Below, in pieces: positions 48,960-58,897 of a stretch of DNA of 64,000 nucleotides (position 1 is the first letter of the stretch; the number at the start of each line of letters is the position of its first letter). Position numbers and translations under genes: made by a program. The notes below the pieces were generated by a model. The model was not told where the DNA came from, ran no database searches, and saw only the letters and a list, made by a program, of their open reading frames with translations. The DNA comes from an uncultured Weeksellaceae bacterium (GTDB lineage: Bacteria > Bacteroidota > Bacteroidia > Flavobacteriales_D > UBA2798), in the NCBI GenBank assembly GCA_964460845.1, contig CAYWRZ010000004.1:2920-66919 (forward strand). Direction: 5' to 3'.

Positions 48960-51900
48960 ATGAAAAAACGCTACTTGCTACTTTTTACATTGATCTTTCT
49001 GCTGCAAGTTACGGGCGTTTTTGCCCAGCGGGAAATATGGGGAACTTCGTATTCTTCGATCTACACTCACCGACACGGCCATATCTACAAGACCGATGCC
49101 AACGGCGATAATCTTACGCTCGTACACAGCTTTGATTCCATTCACGGAAGGATACCCGGCTCGGTGATAATGGGTTCTAACGGGAAGCTGTACGGCCTTA
49201 CCCAGCAGGGCGGCCCGACCAACGGCGGCTTGTTGTATGAATATGATTTGGAAATAGACAGCCTTCGGGTGCTGACTCATTTTGAACCGGGTGGCGTAGC
49301 GCTTTATACAAGCCCCGATCGCGAAGTAGGATTGGTAGAAGTGTCGCCGGGTGTATTTTGGGGGCAGGTGCGTACACAAAGCGCTGTTCCTGCGCCGCGC
49401 GGTAATATTTTTTCGTACAATTTACAGACCAATACCCTTTCGTCGGTGGTGCACGTGCCTCATTTTATAGGCGGTGCCTGGAACGAACAGCAGAATAATT
49501 ATTTATACGGCCCCATGCTGAAGGCTGCCGATGGCTATCTATATACGACCATAGCCCGAAACTCGACCTGTCCGGGTGGTTCTCCCGACATGGGTGGAAT
49601 CGCACGCATCAATCCGGCGAATAATACATTTTCTACGCTCTACCTGAATCCTTGTAACAGCTCGAACGGCGTTAAATATCAGGCTGGGTTTATACCGCAT
49701 AACGGCAAATTATACTCAGTGGCCGGAGGTGGGCAGGGTGTAACTTTTCCCGGTAATATGGACGGGTACGGTATTATTTATTCTTACGATCCGGTTGCGA
49801 ATGTATATACAAAAGAATATGAGTTTCAGGGTGGCCCGATGGGCGAGGATCCTCATTACCTGATTCCCGCTTCCAATGGTAAGTGGTATGGAACGACTGC
49901 CAAAGGCGGTGCGTCCTATACCGTGCATGGGAATACTTATCCGAATGGATCGGGCATTTTGTTTGAGTACGATCCCGCTACAAAAGAGCTTACCAAGAAA
50001 TATGAGTTCCGATACGGAACCACGATAAGATTACAGGGAAGACTTTGGCTGGAAGGCACTAATGGCAAGCTATACGGCACTACAGAAAACGGGGTGTTTG
50101 AATACGATCCGGCTACCGATCAGGTGCGCGCCGCCGGGCGGGATTATATATCGGTTCCTTCGCCGCTGCTTGAGATTTGCCGCAAGCCTGCCTATAAATA
50201 TTACGCCGTTACTTCACACACACTTTGCGAAGGAACGCCATTTTCACACGATTTGCGGACTTTAAATTCGGAGACTATTGTGTGGAAGAAAGACAATTCA
50301 GTGAGGACCGATCAGACGGGCAGTGTGCTTTCTTTTGATGCGATTACCTTAGCCGACGGTGGCGTGTGGCAGGCTGAGCTGACTAATGAGTGCGGTACGA
50401 CCTATCCTCCTGCGATTCATATTACGGTAAATTCTGCGGGTGGTGCGGTTACTTCGGTAATTACGCCGGGTGGTGCGCAGGATATTTGTCCGGGCACATC
50501 GCTTACGCTGAGCGGTAACAATGGCGGGGTATGGAATACGGGCGAAACTACGCCCACTATCAGCGTATCGCAACCGGGAATTTATCAGGTTACGAACACT
50601 AATTCTTGCGGAACGACCTATTCGAACATTGTGACGGTCGATACGATTCATATTCCGCGTCCGGTAATCAGCATCCCAAACCGTTCGCTTTGTGCGGGCG
50701 ACAGCGTGTGGGTTAGCTCTAACGTAACGGGCGTGTGGAACACGGGTGTAACAGCCGACTCCATTCGTGTACCTGCGATAGCGGACATTCCTTACAGCCT
50801 TACCTCCACCAACCAGTGTCGCACCGATGTGTCGAATACACTGATTATTCCTTCTTATTACATATACCCGGCGGAGCCTTTACCGGTGATGACCCCTGTA
50901 GGTGATGTACGCCTGTGTAGCGGGCAGACTGTGGAGCTAAGCTCTAACTTTCCGCAGAACCCTTCTTCCAATTATACCTGGACCTGGCTACGGATTATCG
51001 GTCAAAATGTGAATTCGTTAGCGAGCAGCACACCCTCTTACACGGTGACGCAAAGCGGGGTGTATGTGCTTCGTCAGCGTACGCCTTGCGGGAAGAATTT
51101 TTATTCGGATACGTTGCGGGTTACGATCGATGCGGCTCCCCCTGCGGTGCCTGTGATTACGGCTTCGGGACCTTTGTCTTTTTGTCCGAGCGAGAGTGTG
51201 ACTTTGCAGAGCAATAATCCTAATGTAGTGTGGAGCACTGGCGCAACGACCTCCTCCATTACGGTCAATACAAGCGGTACTTATACGGCTACGGCCAGCA
51301 ATGGCTGTGGTCAGACCACCTCTGCGTCTGTGGTAGTAAATTCTTCGACTTCGGTACCGCTTACGAATGTGAGCTGGAGCGGGACTTATGCTCCGGTGTG
51401 CTTGTCTTCTGCTTCTCCTATTGCGCTTGGCGGTGGTTCTCCTGCGGGCGGCTTGTATTCGGGCAACGGGGTAAGCGGCACTACCTTTGATCCGACTGTG
51501 GCGGGTGTGGGTAACCATACGTTGACCTATACTTACACCAACGGTTACGGCTGTTCGGGTACGGCTACAAAAGTTATCCGTGTGGAGACAGACCCTGTGG
51601 CACCATCGCTGCGTTATGGGATAAATAGCCAGGGATTTATAGGCGACAATGCAGAGGTGTGTGAAGGCACTCAGGTGCTCATTCACACTTTTCCTCCTAG
51701 TCCGACTGGTGGCGTATGGAGCACGGGCTCTACGGATCCCTTCATTATTGTGGATCAAACGGGCATTTATACTTACACAGAGAACAATGCTTGTGGTACG
51801 GCTCCGGCAGTGAGTTTTGATCTGACGGTGAACCCTAACCCTGTAATCAGCTATACGCAAACACCGAATGAGGTGTGTACGAATATGGGTGTAATTACAT

Positions 51901-52961
51901 TGAATTCTGCCACACCGGCGGGAGGTACTTACGCGGGTAGTGGGGTTACGGTCAACAGCTTTGATCCTGTTGCTGCCGGAACGGGCGTACATACGATTAC
52001 CTACAGCTATACCGATAGCAAGGGATGTTCGAGTAGCGCCACGCAGTCGATTACAGTGTTGTCGGATACGGTGTATGTGATTCCCTTGTCGGCTACAGCG
52101 TTCTGTGAGGGAGGCAGTGTGCTGTTGGCCAGCACGCAGAACAGCAATATTCAATGGAGCAACGGTCTTACACATACGCCTATCGAGGTAACCGAGTCGG
52201 GTACTTATACGGTGTCTTATACGGGGCCTTGCGGCGTGTTGGTGTCGGAGCCTATCGAGGTAACGGTGTGGCCTGCTCCCGAGGTGGAGTATGTACAATC
52301 GCCCGATGAGGTCTGCGCTTCGGGTTCGTTGATTCCTTTGAGTGTGGCAAGTCCTTCGGGGGGTACTTATACAGGCACGGGAGTGACAGGCAGCAACTTT
52401 AATCCTGCAGTAGCGGGTCAGGGCCTGCATACGGTTACATACAGCTATACCGATGGCAACGGTTGTACGGGCAGCGCTACGCAGCAGATACAGGTTACTC
52501 AGCCTACGGCACCCGTGATTACGTTCGTGAATGATACGCTGTTCAGCACCCCAGCGCATTCGTATCAGTGGTATTTTAACGGGGAGATTATTCCGGGTGC
52601 TACAGGTAGCTTTTATGTGCCAACCGAAGATGGAGTTTATACGGTAGAGACGACAGATTTGGGTGGATGCAACGCTACCTCGGCGGCCTATAATCACCAG
52701 AGCATAGGAATTACGGAGCAGCACACAGGTATAAAAGTGGAACTTTTTCCTAATCCTACCAGTGGAGTGTTTACCCTTGTGTCTTTGTCATCGCCGATTA
52801 AAGAAGTTCGGATTTACAATGCGACAGGTCAGTTGGTGTATAGCCTTCGCGACAAGCCGGAAACTACTTTGATGCTCCGTTTGCAGGACAACGGGATGTA
52901 CCTTGTGCATATTACAACCGAGCAGGGTACAGCCATCAAACGCCTGGTGGTATCGTATTAA
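48960..52961 (+). CDS. T9SS-secreted protein: GloVer-type repeat propeller, tandem Ig-like modules, type A C-terminal sorting domain
   Basis: Signal peptide; GKLYG.T..GG...G.LYEYD repeats; repeated C...W.TG...I.V..G.Y modules; C-terminal LFPNPT...IYNATGQLV...GMYLV...KRLVV. Confidence 0.9.
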   Translation: MKKRYLLLFTLIFLLQVTGVFAQREIWGTSYSSIYTHRHGHIYKTDANGDNLTLVHSFDSIHGRIPGSVIMGSNGKLYGLTQQGGPTNGGLLYEYDLEIDSLRVLTHFEPGGVALYTSPDREVGLVEVSPGVFWGQVRTQSAVPAPRGNIFSYNLQTNTLSSVVHVPHFIGGAWNEQQNNYLYGPMLKAADGYLYTTIARNSTCPGGSPDMGGIARINPANNTFSTLYLNPCNSSNGVKYQAGFIPHNGKLYSVAGGGQGVTFPGNMDGYGIIYSYDPVANVYTKEYEFQGGPMGEDPHYLIPASNGKWYGTTAKGGASYTVHGNTYPNGSGILFEYDPATKELTKKYEFRYGTTIRLQGRLWLEGTNGKLYGTTENGVFEYDPATDQVRAAGRDYISVPSPLLEICRKPAYKYYAVTSHTLCEGTPFSHDLRTLNSETIVWKKDNSVRTDQTGSVLSFDAITLADGGVWQAELTNECGTTYPPAIHITVNSAGGAVTSVITPGGAQDICPGTSLTLSGNNGGVWNTGETTPTISVSQPGIYQVTNTNSCGTTYSNIVTVDTIHIPRPVISIPNRSLCAGDSVWVSSNVTGVWNTGVTADSIRVPAIADIPYSLTSTNQCRTDVSNTLIIPSYYIYPAEPLPVMTPVGDVRLCSGQTVELSSNFPQNPSSNYTWTWLRIIGQNVNSLASSTPSYTVTQSGVYVLRQRTPCGKNFYSDTLRVTIDAAPPAVPVITASGPLSFCPSESVTLQSNNPNVVWSTGATTSSITVNTSGTYTATASNGCGQTTSASVVVNSSTSVPLTNVSWSGTYAPVCLSSASPIALGGGSPAGGLYSGNGVSGTTFDPTVAGVGNHTLTYTYTNGYGCSGTATKVIRVETDPVAPSLRYGINSQGFIGDNAEVCEGTQVLIHTFPPSPTGGVWSTGSTDPFIIVDQTGIYTYTENNACGTAPAVSFDLTVNPNPVISYTQTPNEVCTNMGVITLNSATPAGGTYAGSGVTVNSFDPVAAGTGVHTITYSYTDSKGCSSSATQSITVLSDTVYVIPLSATAFCEGGSVLLASTQNSNIQWSNGLTHTPIEVTESGTYTVSYTGPCGVLVSEPIEVTVWPAPEVEYVQSPDEVCASGSLIPLSVASPSGGTYTGTGVTGSNFNPAVAGQGLHTVTYSYTDGNGCTGSATQQIQVTQPTAPVITFVNDTLFSTPAHSYQWYFNGEIIPGATGSFYVPTEDGVYTVETTDLGGCNATSAAYNHQSIGITEQHTGIKVELFPNPTSGVFTLVSLSSPIKEVRIYNATGQLVYSLRDKPETTLMLRLQDNGMYLVHITTEQGTAIKRLVVSY
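51350..52505 (+). repeat. Three dispersed copies of a ~75-aa module (VC..L...P.GG.Y.G.GV...FDP..AG.G.H..TY.YT...GC...AT..I.V)
   Basis: Copies at about 51350-51590, 51835-52070 and 52270-52505 within the T9SS cargo, alternating with the second Ig-like module type. Confidence 0.85.
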
Positions 52962-52990
52962 GCATAAACAGTATTTTATTTGAATATCAC

Positions 52991-53020
52991 ACAAAGGGCT
53001 CGCATAAGCGGGCCTTTTGT
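52991..53020 (+). terminator. Intrinsic terminator after the T9SS cargo gene
   Basis: ACAAAGGGCTCGC-ataa-GCGGGCCTTTTGT near-perfect stem. Confidence 0.7.
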
Positions 53021-53380
53021 AGCTTATCACATTCCTCTTTTTACAGAGGAAAGCATAAGAGTGGAGTGTCAGAAAAACGGAATTGCACTTTTCCCTTTTT
53101 GCAGTATTCTTACACTTCGGTTTTTTCAAGCAAAAGAGCAGGTATTTTTGTTTTCGACTTGTGCGTGAAACGGAGAGGCTTTTGAAAGTTTTGTGCAGAT
53201 GAAAAGGGTATAAATCGCATAACCTGTAAATCATGTAAAAAATAAAAAGTGTCGAATGTGTATCTTTGAAAGACACAGGCTATAAACAGTCCGGAGGATC
53301 TTCAGCGAGGGTTTTCATCCTTATTTCGGGTGTATTGCTCCGGTCGCTTGGTATTATTCACTTCTTAATAGTTTGATTTT

Positions 53381-53794
53381 ATGAAACGTCATGCCACCGC
53401 AGTTTGGAAAGGTTCGGGAAAAGAAGGAAAAGGAACGCTTTCTACGCAAAGTACAGTGTTGGATAAAACACAGTATTCGTATAAAACCCGTTTTGAAGAA
53501 GGAGTAGGGACGAATCCCGAAGAGCTTATCGCCGCTGCACATGCGGGTTGTTTTACCATGAAATTAGCGTTTAACCTTCAGGAGGCGGGCTTCACACCCG
53601 ATCACCTCGAAACAACCTGTCAGGTGAAGTTCGAAAACGGAGCGGTAGTGAGTTCGCACCTGTCGGTAAAAGCAGCAATTCCTAAAATAGCCGATGAGAA
53701 ATTTCAAGAACTGGTATCGGATGCGGAGCAGAATTGTCCTATTTCAAAATTGCTCCACACCGAAATAAGCAGCGATGCTACTTTAGCGCTTTAA
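53381..53794 (+). CDS. osmC: OsmC peroxiredoxin
   Basis: AVWKGSGKEGKG, YSYKTRFE, GTNPEELIAAAHAGCFTM, NCPISK. TATCTTTG promoter element at 53261-53268. Confidence 0.93.
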   Translation: MKRHATAVWKGSGKEGKGTLSTQSTVLDKTQYSYKTRFEEGVGTNPEELIAAAHAGCFTMKLAFNLQEAGFTPDHLETTCQVKFENGAVVSSHLSVKAAIPKIADEKFQELVSDAEQNCPISKLLHTEISSDATLAL

Positions 53795-54088
53795 CTTCGG
53801 GTACATATTTTGCTGATATGTTCGCGCAGTAATTCAGTTATGGTTATAGATTTGCGTTTTGATTTCTGATTTTCCCCGATGATGGATCGCTCTTGCGAGC
53901 CTGACTACAGAAGCATACGAAGGCGTGCTTCCGGAAGCACGTAAGAAAGAATGTGGCTAACCTTTGGGTTAGCACCCGCATTCTCACGGCGCTTTTTCGT
54001 TAATTTTATCCCTTTGCCCTGGCTTATACGATTAGTGTATTTGCCAGCCGGCAGCTTCTTACTTACAAGAATAGAAAGGGAAAAAGTG

Positions 54089-55096
54089 ATGAAAAACCTC
54101 AAACTCGGAATACTGGATCAGTCAATCGTGAGCTACGGAGGCACTGCGGCAGAGGCTTTGGCAGAGACGATAGCAACTGCACGGCTGGCCGAAGATCTCG
54201 GTTACCATCGTTTTTGGGTATCGGAGCATCATAATTCCACGTTTATCGCCGGTTCGTCGCCTGAATTGCTCATGGTAAAGCTGGCTACCGAAACGGAGCG
54301 TATTCGTATCGGCTCGGGAGGCATCATGCTTCCGAATCACAGCGCGTTAAAAGTAGCCGAAAACTTCCGTATGCTGGAAGCGCTTTTTCCGGGTCGTATC
54401 GACTTGGGCATGGGGCGTGCGCCGGGTGGAGATCGCATTACCGCTTCTCTGCTTAATCCGTCTAACACGTTTCGCGAATCGGATTACCTGCGGCAACTGG
54501 AACATCTTCAGCATTTTTTTCACGATACGGCAGGAACGGCTCATGGCTCTATTCTTGCCGTACCGCAGGCCACTACTGTGCCTCAGCAATGGATACTCAG
54601 CTCGAGCGGAGGCAGCAGCCTTATTGCCGCCCGTTTTGGTATGGGATTGGCGGTAGCCCGTTTTATTAATAGCGATGCTTCACCCGATATTGCGGCAACC
54701 TACCGCGACCATTTTCAACCTTCGGCACAATTCCCCGAACCCCGCGTCATTCTTTCGATTGGCGTACTTTGTGCCGAAACCGAAGAAAAAGCGGCGGCTA
54801 TGCGGAAATTTATCGACTATGTGTACCTGCAGTTCGAGAAGGGAAAGTTCCACGATTTCGGTGATCCGGAATATATACGCGACTATCAATTTTCGGAGGC
54901 CGAATTACTCCGCCTTTCCGTGCATGCAGGCAGAGTGGTTTCGGGTACGCCCGAACAGGTAAAAAAAGAGCTTGTAGATTTGAGCGAACAATTTGGTGCC
55001 GACGAGCTTATGATCACTACCATGTCTGATAACGCAACTTTGCGTCGCCGATCGTTTGAGCTGCTTGCCGAAATTTTGGGGTTGCGATCTTCCTGA
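54089..55096 (+). CDS. LLM-class (luciferase-like) flavin-dependent oxidoreductase
   Basis: LGILDQS, RFWVSEHH, RIGSGGIMLPNH, PGRIDLGMGRAPG, GADELM. ATG at 54089. Confidence 0.92.
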   Translation: MKNLKLGILDQSIVSYGGTAAEALAETIATARLAEDLGYHRFWVSEHHNSTFIAGSSPELLMVKLATETERIRIGSGGIMLPNHSALKVAENFRMLEALFPGRIDLGMGRAPGGDRITASLLNPSNTFRESDYLRQLEHLQHFFHDTAGTAHGSILAVPQATTVPQQWILSSSGGSSLIAARFGMGLAVARFINSDASPDIAATYRDHFQPSAQFPEPRVILSIGVLCAETEEKAAAMRKFIDYVYLQFEKGKFHDFGDPEYIRDYQFSEAELLRLSVHAGRVVSGTPEQVKKELVDLSEQFGADELMITTMSDNATLRRRSFELLAEILGLRSS

Positions 55097-55142
55097 AAGT
55101 GCAACGACGGCGGCAGCAGAAAAACGCGGCCCCTCCTAAAAA

Positions 55143-56924
55143 TTAACCGTAGCTTTCTTTCAGCTCCAGTTTTTTGATCCGGGAGCGGATAGCACCCCGA
55201 CTTCGGCTCAACTCTCTTACCATTTCTGCGATAGGTGTTCCTTCACAATAAAGTACGGTAAGCCTGTCGTCCATTTCGGTAGTCCAGGGTGCATACGCCG
55301 ATGGGTGTTGCGTGCGCCTTTCATCGAATGTGAGCGTGGTGTTTTTTAAGGAAGCTGTGATTTGTGCTACCGCTTTTTCTACAGGTACTAAAGTTACTTC
55401 CACGTTTGACTCTTTGTACATTACCTGTATGGATGGAGTGGGCGAAAATTCTTCGGGAAGAAGTGCAGCGGGAATATAAAGGCGGTTGCGTGTGCGGGTA
55501 ACGGCCACGTAAAGCAGATTAATTTCTTCGTGGATCCTGGTTTTTTCTTCCGGACTTAATTGTTCTTTTTCCAGCCGGGCGAGTTTTTCTTCCGTAATAA
55601 AATCTTCAGCCAGTTGCACTACATCGTATTCCATGCCTTTACAACGGTGTACGGTAGAGAAGATCATTCCGGCTTTTTCGCGTTCGTCTTCACCCAGGTG
55701 CCTGCGCCGTATTTCACGGATAAGGGCGGGCAGCTCATTCCCATATTTTTTAACCACTTCGACCATCATGCCCAGTTGCAGATCGCCCGTTTTTTCGACA
55801 TAACCTTCCAGCTCGCGTAGATCGCGCATGTGTTTGATTAGCTCATCTTTTATTTTTTGATGCCTGCGGTTATACAGGTATAACACATCGTACAGCGAGG
55901 CGCCTTCTTCTACATAGGTGTAGGACTTAAAATCGCCCTCGAAATAAAGCCCTGCCGCTGCATTTTTCTCCTGAGAAATGTATTCGATAGCGTGAAGCAA
56001 AAGCCCGAGATTGCTTCGGGCAATGATAGCTTTTACCTGTACGGAATCGGAGGTGCCGATGCCTGTAATTTTTACGGGAGGCAAAGGGTCGATGTACTTT
56101 TTCCAACGGAGGATTTGCGTAGCCAACGCCGCAATATCGGATCGGAAACGAAAGCTGGTCGAGAGATTGAAAGCTGGGAAATCGGCCTGCTCAAGCGAGT
56201 TTACCGCGAACCTCCAGGCATAAATTTGCTGATACGTATCGCCTACAATTACTTTGGTGCAGGTCTGTCGCATAAAGATATCCAGCATGGCAGCCGAGGC
56301 GTCCTGCCCTTCGTCGAACAGGATGTAGTCGAAGTCTAAGGCGGGTTTTTCGAGCTGAAATTTTTTCAGGTAAAAATCGTGCGTGATTTCCAACTCACCT
56401 TGATCCATTTTTGCTAAAAAAAGACGGGCGCCTGTTTCAATTTGTGTATAAAAACGAGCTGCAAATTGACGCGTGTTAGGATCCGAAAGGGAATCGGTGT
56501 AGCGAAGTTCCTTTATTTTTTCTTTGTTACTGTGGCAGAAATAGGATACAAAACGGTTAATGTGATTCGCTAAGATATATTCCTGCAGTTTTTCGCCGTT
56601 GTTTTTCAATCCTAAGATGGAGGCTGTTTCGTGTGTTTTATAGGAGGTAGGACGCAGGCGATAGCCATGTGTGGGTACAATATGACGATAAGCCAGCGAA
56701 TGGGCGGTTTCTACCCTAACCTGTGAAAGCCCCATTTGTGCAAATTTTTTTCGGGCTTCTTCTTTTACCGAACGGTTAAAAGCAAGGTAAAGGATGCGCG
56801 ATCCCGCAGGACGTGTGCGTGCGTATTCGATCAGCGTGCTGGTTTTTCCCGAACCGGCTATCGCATTGATTCGGATGTCGCCGACGGATTCGATAATATG
56901 AACTTGTGCTGCGGTGAGTTCCAT
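55143..56924 (-). CDS. UvrD/REP-family (FBH1-like) superfamily 1 helicase
   Basis: AIAGSGKT, LYLAFN, TAHSLA, DEGQD, VGDTYQQIY, STSFRF, STVHRCKGMEY, LLYVAVTR. Confidence 0.92.
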   Translation of the reverse strand: MELTAAQVHIIESVGDIRINAIAGSGKTSTLIEYARTRPAGSRILYLAFNRSVKEEARKKFAQMGLSQVRVETAHSLAYRHIVPTHGYRLRPTSYKTHETASILGLKNNGEKLQEYILANHINRFVSYFCHSNKEKIKELRYTDSLSDPNTRQFAARFYTQIETGARLFLAKMDQGELEITHDFYLKKFQLEKPALDFDYILFDEGQDASAAMLDIFMRQTCTKVIVGDTYQQIYAWRFAVNSLEQADFPAFNLSTSFRFRSDIAALATQILRWKKYIDPLPPVKITGIGTSDSVQVKAIIARSNLGLLLHAIEYISQEKNAAAGLYFEGDFKSYTYVEEGASLYDVLYLYNRRHQKIKDELIKHMRDLRELEGYVEKTGDLQLGMMVEVVKKYGNELPALIREIRRRHLGEDEREKAGMIFSTVHRCKGMEYDVVQLAEDFITEEKLARLEKEQLSPEEKTRIHEEINLLYVAVTRTRNRLYIPAALLPEEFSPTPSIQVMYKESNVEVTLVPVEKAVAQITASLKNTTLTFDERRTQHPSAYAPWTTEMDDRLTVLYCEGTPIAEMVRELSRSRGAIRSRIKKLELKESYG

Positions 56925-57108
56925 AGTTGCGATGAGCGTCTGATGCGTCAGGGGTCAAAGAAACTAAAAAGAACCGCTTCAGGGAGCGAAGTTTCAGAAT
57001 GCGGTAAAATAAACAAAGGCTTATTCTCCGAACCGACCGCTTTTACCTTTATTTTTGTAAAACGCGTACCGAAGATGAATGCGGTGCGCCTGACTTAACC
57101 TCTTTCCG

Positions 57109-57498
57109 ATGGAAAAGCGTGATATTTTAACACTTGACGACGTGCGTCTGCTGGTGGATACTTTTTACGGAAAAGTGCGGGAAGATGAGCTTTTGTCGGG
57201 GATTTTTAATGGTGTAATACAGGATCGCTGGCCGGAGCATCTCGATAAAATGTACCGTTTTTGGCAAACGGTGCTGCTCGAAGAACATACTTACAACGGT
57301 CGTCCCTTTCCCCCTCATGCGAACCTTCCGGTCGAAAAGGAGCATTTCGATCGCTGGCTTGCGCTTTTTTTTGAAACGATCGACGAATGTTTTACCGGTG
57401 AAAAAGCCCATGAAGCCAAGTGGAGAGCCTCGCGTATGGCGGAAATGTTTCTTTCCAAAATTCACTTTTTCCGACAGAACAGCGGCTATATCGGCTGA
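57109..57498 (+). CDS. Group III truncated hemoglobin
   Basis: LVDTFYGKVRED, WPEHLDKMYRFW, YNGRPFPPH, HFDRWLALF. Confidence 0.9.
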   Translation: MEKRDILTLDDVRLLVDTFYGKVREDELLSGIFNGVIQDRWPEHLDKMYRFWQTVLLEEHTYNGRPFPPHANLPVEKEHFDRWLALFFETIDECFTGEKAHEAKWRASRMAEMFLSKIHFFRQNSGYIG

Positions 57499-57700
57499 TT
57501 GCTTCCGGATTCGACTGTAAGTTTCTTCCTGAAACAAGTGCGAAAAAAGCCGATTCCGTTTGGCGTGTTCGGAGATAACGTTATATTTTAATAATAAAAC
57601 TACAGTAAAGTGAATGCGGGGTTGACATTGCCCCCCTAAGCTAGTATTTTCGTTTTTCAGCTTATCAGTTCTGAAGGTAATTAATAGCACGGATTAGCGT

Positions 57701-58897
57701 ATGCCGAAAAAATATAGTCAGCTTTCCGTATATGATGCGGCGGTGCAGCGGCTTGAGTATGTCTATAGCCATTTTAAAAAAGTATATCTGTCATTCAGCG
57801 GAGGCAAAGATAGCGGGGTAATGCTCAATATGGCCATTGAAGCGGCTCGCCGTCAGAACCGTTTGCCGGTGCACGTGCTGGTCATTGATCTTGAAGCGCA
57901 ATACGATCACACGATCGAATTTATCCGGCGAATGACATCCCGCCCCGAGGTTAAAGCCTATTGGGTATGCCTGCCGATTCGCCTGCGTAATGCCGTAAGC
58001 CAGTTCCAGTCGCACTGGATGTGCTGGGATCCCTTCCGTCGTTCGGCCTGGGTGCGCGATTATCCCGAAAGCGATGCGGTGATCAAGGAAAAAGATTATT
58101 TCCCCTTTTTCCGGAACGGAATGGAGTTTGAAGAGTTTGTACTCGAATTCGGGAAGTGGTTTTCGGCCGGAGAAGAAACAGCCTGTCTGGTAGGTATCCG
58201 TAGTAACGAAAGTTTTAACCGCTACCGTACTATCGCTAATTTCAGGAAAGCGCGTTACCGCAAGCAGCAATGGAGTACCCGTATTGTGCCCGGCCTGTAT
58301 AATTTTTATCCCTTGTATGACTGGGCCACGCAGGATATATGGATCGCCAACGGGAAATACGCTTACGACTATAATCGTATTTATGATTTGATGCACCTTG
58401 CAGGGGTATCTTTACATCAGATGCGGCTCTGTCAGCCCTATGGAGACGATCAGCGGAAGGGACTGTACCTGTTCAAGATTCTTGAACCCGAAACATGGAC
58501 GCGTCTGGTGAACCGTGTCGAAGGTGCTAATTTCGGCAACCGTTACTCGTCGAATAACCGTACCGTTTTCGGTAATTTTCGGATGAACCTGCCCGAAGGA
58601 CATACCTATAAAAGCTATGCGTCTTTTCTGCTCGATACCATGCCGCCTTATCTTCGTGATCATTACAGTGAAAAGATCCGAAAATTCTTAAAGTATTGGG
58701 GAAAAAACGGTTATGCGCAGGATATTCCCGATGCGGCCGATCCGAAGCTGGAGGCACAGCGCAAAGCGCCTTCCTGGAGGAGAATCTGTAAGGTATTGCT
58801 CAAAAATGACTATTGGTGCAAAGGGCTTTCTTTTGCGCAAACCCGGGGCGAAATGCAGCGTCAGCTAACCTTGTTTTTAAAATATCATCACCAATGA
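57701..58897 (+). CDS. IbrA/YbdN-like PAPS-reductase-family protein (DUF3440)
   Basis: PP-loop SFSGGKDS, IDLEAQY, WVCLP, VGIRSNESFNR, PLYDW..DIW, MRLCQPYGDDQR, PSWRRICKVLLKNDYWCKGLSF. Confidence 0.88.
   Translation: MPKKYSQLSVYDAAVQRLEYVYSHFKKVYLSFSGGKDSGVMLNMAIEAARRQNRLPVHVLVIDLEAQYDHTIEFIRRMTSRPEVKAYWVCLPIRLRNAVSQFQSHWMCWDPFRRSAWVRDYPESDAVIKEKDYFPFFRNGMEFEEFVLEFGKWFSAGEETACLVGIRSNESFNRYRTIANFRKARYRKQQWSTRIVPGLYNFYPLYDWATQDIWIANGKYAYDYNRIYDLMHLAGVSLHQMRLCQPYGDDQRKGLYLFKILEPETWTRLVNRVEGANFGNRYSSNNRTVFGNFRMNLPEGHTYKSYASFLLDTMPPYLRDHYSEKIRKFLKYWGKNGYAQDIPDAADPKLEAQRKAPSWRRICKVLLKNDYWCKGLSFAQTRGEMQRQLTLFLKYHHQ

Noticed and set aside
51018-52724. 568-aa Arg/His-rich minus-strand ORF
   Set aside because: Antisense to the repetitive Thr/Ser/Gly/Val-rich T9SS stalk; biased codon use explains the lack of stops.
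53291-53343. Riboswitch in the osmC leader (CCGGAG / CTCCGG pairing)
   Set aside because: Only a 6-bp stem with a competing AGGAT/ATCCT pairing; no match to any aptamer consensus I recognise.
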